Source: Lingula anatina
Lineage: Eukaryota > Animalia > Brachiopoda
Direction of reading: 5' to 3'
Length of the DNA: 64,000 bases
Assembly (NCBI GenBank): GCA_051362555.1
Contig: CM120647.1
Location: forward strand, 17,522,651 to 17,586,650
The notes below the pieces were generated by a model. The model saw nothing but the letters and a program-made list of their open reading frames with translations. It made no database searches and was not told where the DNA came from. The translations under genes and the position numbers were made by a program. Shown piece by piece: positions 62,101 to 64,000 of this stretch. Within the stretch, counting starts at the first letter, position 1; each line of letters opens with the position of its first letter.

Positions 62101-63944
62101 ACAGTTGTAACGTTGGTTTAATACAAGCTAATGGTACAAGCACCACTGCTACTTGTACCAATGGTGCTTTTCAATGGGGCACCGGTGGTGCTCTAGTTTG
62201 TCAAGGTGATTAATCTATTGTTTATTATCTTGGTGAAATAATGGAGTGTTTGATTTAGTATTTTATAAACTCTAATAATTTATTTATAACTCTGCTTGCC
62301 AGGGTTGATGAACATTAACTGCTTTGGCTTTGTTTATACATGTACTCATTTGAAGCTTTGAGATGTCACTGACACGTGTTAGTATCACTGACAGGTATTT
62401 TACATGGACAATTATTTTTTTTTCTTCTCCTATGAGCCAAAGGAAAAAAAATCACCTATTTTTATATTTATGTAGCATAACTAAGACCAATTGTTCATTT
62501 ATCTTAAGCTCCTTGTTCTGCCCCGCCCTCCATCACTGGAGCCTCTTTCTCACCAGCTGTTGGCCCATATCTAGAGGGAGCCACAGTCACATATACATGT
62601 ACTGGTGGTCTTGTTCAAGCCAGCGGCACCAGTCGTACAGTGAGATGTACTGGTGGTGCCTTTTTATGGGTAGGAGGGGCTGCACTAACTTGTCAAGGTA
62701 AAAAGAATACATGCCAGAAGATATATAATATTTGGATGTAATGGCATGGTTATAAAGGCAGTTAAATTTTCCACATTTGTATTGGATTTATAAACATTAA
62801 GAAGGTTAAACTTTTGCTTCATGATGTAACTTAAAATAAATATGTAACCTAGGTGTTGAAAGGGTTCATCAGAAGCTTTTAAATAAAAATCTAGATTTTT
62901 TTTCGCGTTTTAGCTGCATTGTTTATATATATAATGTTTACATCACTATTACATGCATTGTATTTTATGTTGAACCAAAAAAAAAAAAGTAATGCATTTT
63001 TATTTATATGTAGCATAATAAAGAAAATTTGTTCATTTACCTTAAGCTACCTGCTCTGCCCCGCCCTCTGTCACTGGAGCCTCTTTCTCACCAACTGTTG
63101 GCCCATATGTAGAGGGAGCTACAGTCACATATACATGTACTGGTGGTCTTGTACAAGCCAGCGGCACCAGTCGTACAGCAAGGTGTACTGGTGGCGCCTT
63201 CTTGTGGGTAGGAGGGACTGCACTGAATTGTCAAGGTAAACAGAATGCAGGCTGGAAGATATGTAATTACCTCTGCTAAGGAGGTTATGTTTTTGGTTCC
63301 GTTAGTTTGTCTGTCTGTCTCTCTGTCTGTTAGCAACATTACAAAAAAGTTATGGACCAATTTTGATGAAATTTTCAGGAACTGTCAGAACTGGGCCAAG
63401 GAACAGATGATTAGTTTTTGGTGGTGATCCGAATCATTAATCAATCAATAATCAATAATCATAAATCAAAAAACTAAATCATTATAGAATGAAAATTTAG
63501 GGGTGAAACGGCATTGGAAGGAGACTTTGCTGCCTTGGCAGAGGTCTGCGCTCTTGGAGTGCTTTTCTAGTATTTATCATGTTTTAGTATGGCTAGTAAA
63601 GTGTAATAGCATATGGTCATAAAGGCAGTTAAATTTTCAACATTTGTATTGGATTTATAAACATTAAGAAGATCAAACTTTTCCTTCATGATGTAACTTA
63701 TATAAGTAATAAAGAAGATGGATCACCCTAAAGAGTAACAATTTTCATTTTTCAGCATCATGTGGGACTCCCCCAAGTGTGACAGGAGCAACATTTTCAC
63801 CAGCTGTAGGTCCCTGGTTAGAGGGTGCTGTAGTCACTTACAGTTGTAACGCTGGTTTAATACAAGCTAATGGTACTAGCACCACTGCTACTTGTACCAA
63901 TGGTGCTTTTCAGTGGGGCACCGGTGGTGCTCTGGTTTGTCAAG
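44041..63944 (+). CDS. Secreted mosaic extracellular protein: signal peptide-vWA-EGF-TSP1x5-EGF-CCP(sushi)-like x>=7 (continues beyond the right edge)
   Basis: Phase-consistent exons: 44041-44110 (MDIFIALVILLGLFTPGSDAQTP, signal peptide); 46530-46880 + 47340-47576 (vWA with full MIDAS: DIVFVLDASGS, GGSTN, LTDG); 56211-56327 (EGF, CQNGGSC...CRCLPGFSGEFC); 56676-56823 and 57312-57979 (five TSP1, WxxWxxCSVTCG); 59072-59203 (EGF); then four-Cys+Trp CCP-like exons 59914-60099, 60534-60716, 61472-61660, 62017-62205, 62509-62697, 63047-63235, 63756-63944. Translation may start upstream at 42751 or 42772. Confidence 0.9.
51537..51806 (-). CDS. Candidate nested antisense small gene (89-aa ORF with an N-terminal hydrophobic segment) or lncRNA
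   Basis: Minus strand shows a TATATAAAG box (52439-52447), donor caa|gtgagt (52364), and a pyrimidine-rich acceptor tctttccctgttgcag (51893). The first ATG after splicing opens MTKTTTKYHPFRNFVVAYVTVVAVTVAKVTLSALP... No homology recognised. Confidence 0.3.
   Translation of the reverse strand: MTKTTTKYHPFRNFVVAYVTVVAVTVAKVTLSALPVESPCIRIDVFSGSLAQWPCNQPPVCPFVRPLSLLPFLLPQQQTLSTAVSSQAN
61353..61418. repeat. (ATATA)n pentanucleotide microsatellite
   Basis: Direct reading. Confidence 0.9.
63266..63571 (+). mobile_element. Helentron-associated non-autonomous element (HINE / DINE-1-like)
   Basis: 5' attacctctgctaaggaggttatgttttt, a (gtct)n microsatellite, a 3' subterminal inverted repeat ccttggcagaggt, a short stem-loop gcgctc-ttg-gagtgc, and a ttttctagt end. 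The segment is absent from the paralogous intron after 62697. Confidence 0.85.
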
Positions 63945-64000
63945 GTGATTGATTTTAAATAATCTTAAGCTTAGTATGAAGAGATATATATATCTGCCTA

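Noticed and set aside
62363-63239. Paired Trp/Ser-rich 112-aa and 106-aa ORFs
   Set aside because: Alternative-frame readings of the duplicated B-type CCP exons plus intron; the spliced frame explains them.
44041-63944. Naming the mosaic gene SVEP1, hemicentin or SCO-spondin
   Set aside because: Domain order and content in the window do not match: no Ig, HYR, pentraxin, vWD or LDLa domains seen.

Overview
This is AT-rich, intron-rich genomic DNA from a bilaterian animal. The repeat content and mosaic CpG depletion suggest an invertebrate, plausibly a lophotrochozoan or mollusc (inference). Most short ORFs in the supplied track are exon fragments or noise, so genes were rebuilt by hand from GT-AG boundaries and phase continuity. 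Five spliced genes emerge: Staufen (-, 3' end runs off the left edge), FBXO16 (+), WDR48/UAF1 (-), a small PPDPF-like gene (+), and a large secreted mosaic protein (+, runs off the right edge) with signal peptide-vWA-EGF-TSP1x5-EGF-CCP/sushi x>=7. The first four form two head-to-head pairs with short shared promoters. Several MITE families, a Helentron-type HINE and microsatellites are also present. The most unusual observations are: (1) a tandem array of duplicated acceptor+ATG cassettes, two duplicated 'poison' donors and a 6-nt microexon in Staufen; (2) an invertebrate PPDPF-like gene in a possibly ancient linkage; (3) exon-restricted homogenisation of sushi-module exons; (4) a candidate TATA-driven spliced antisense gene nested in the vWA gene's large intron. 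No database searches were run; all family calls rest on recalled sequence similarity.
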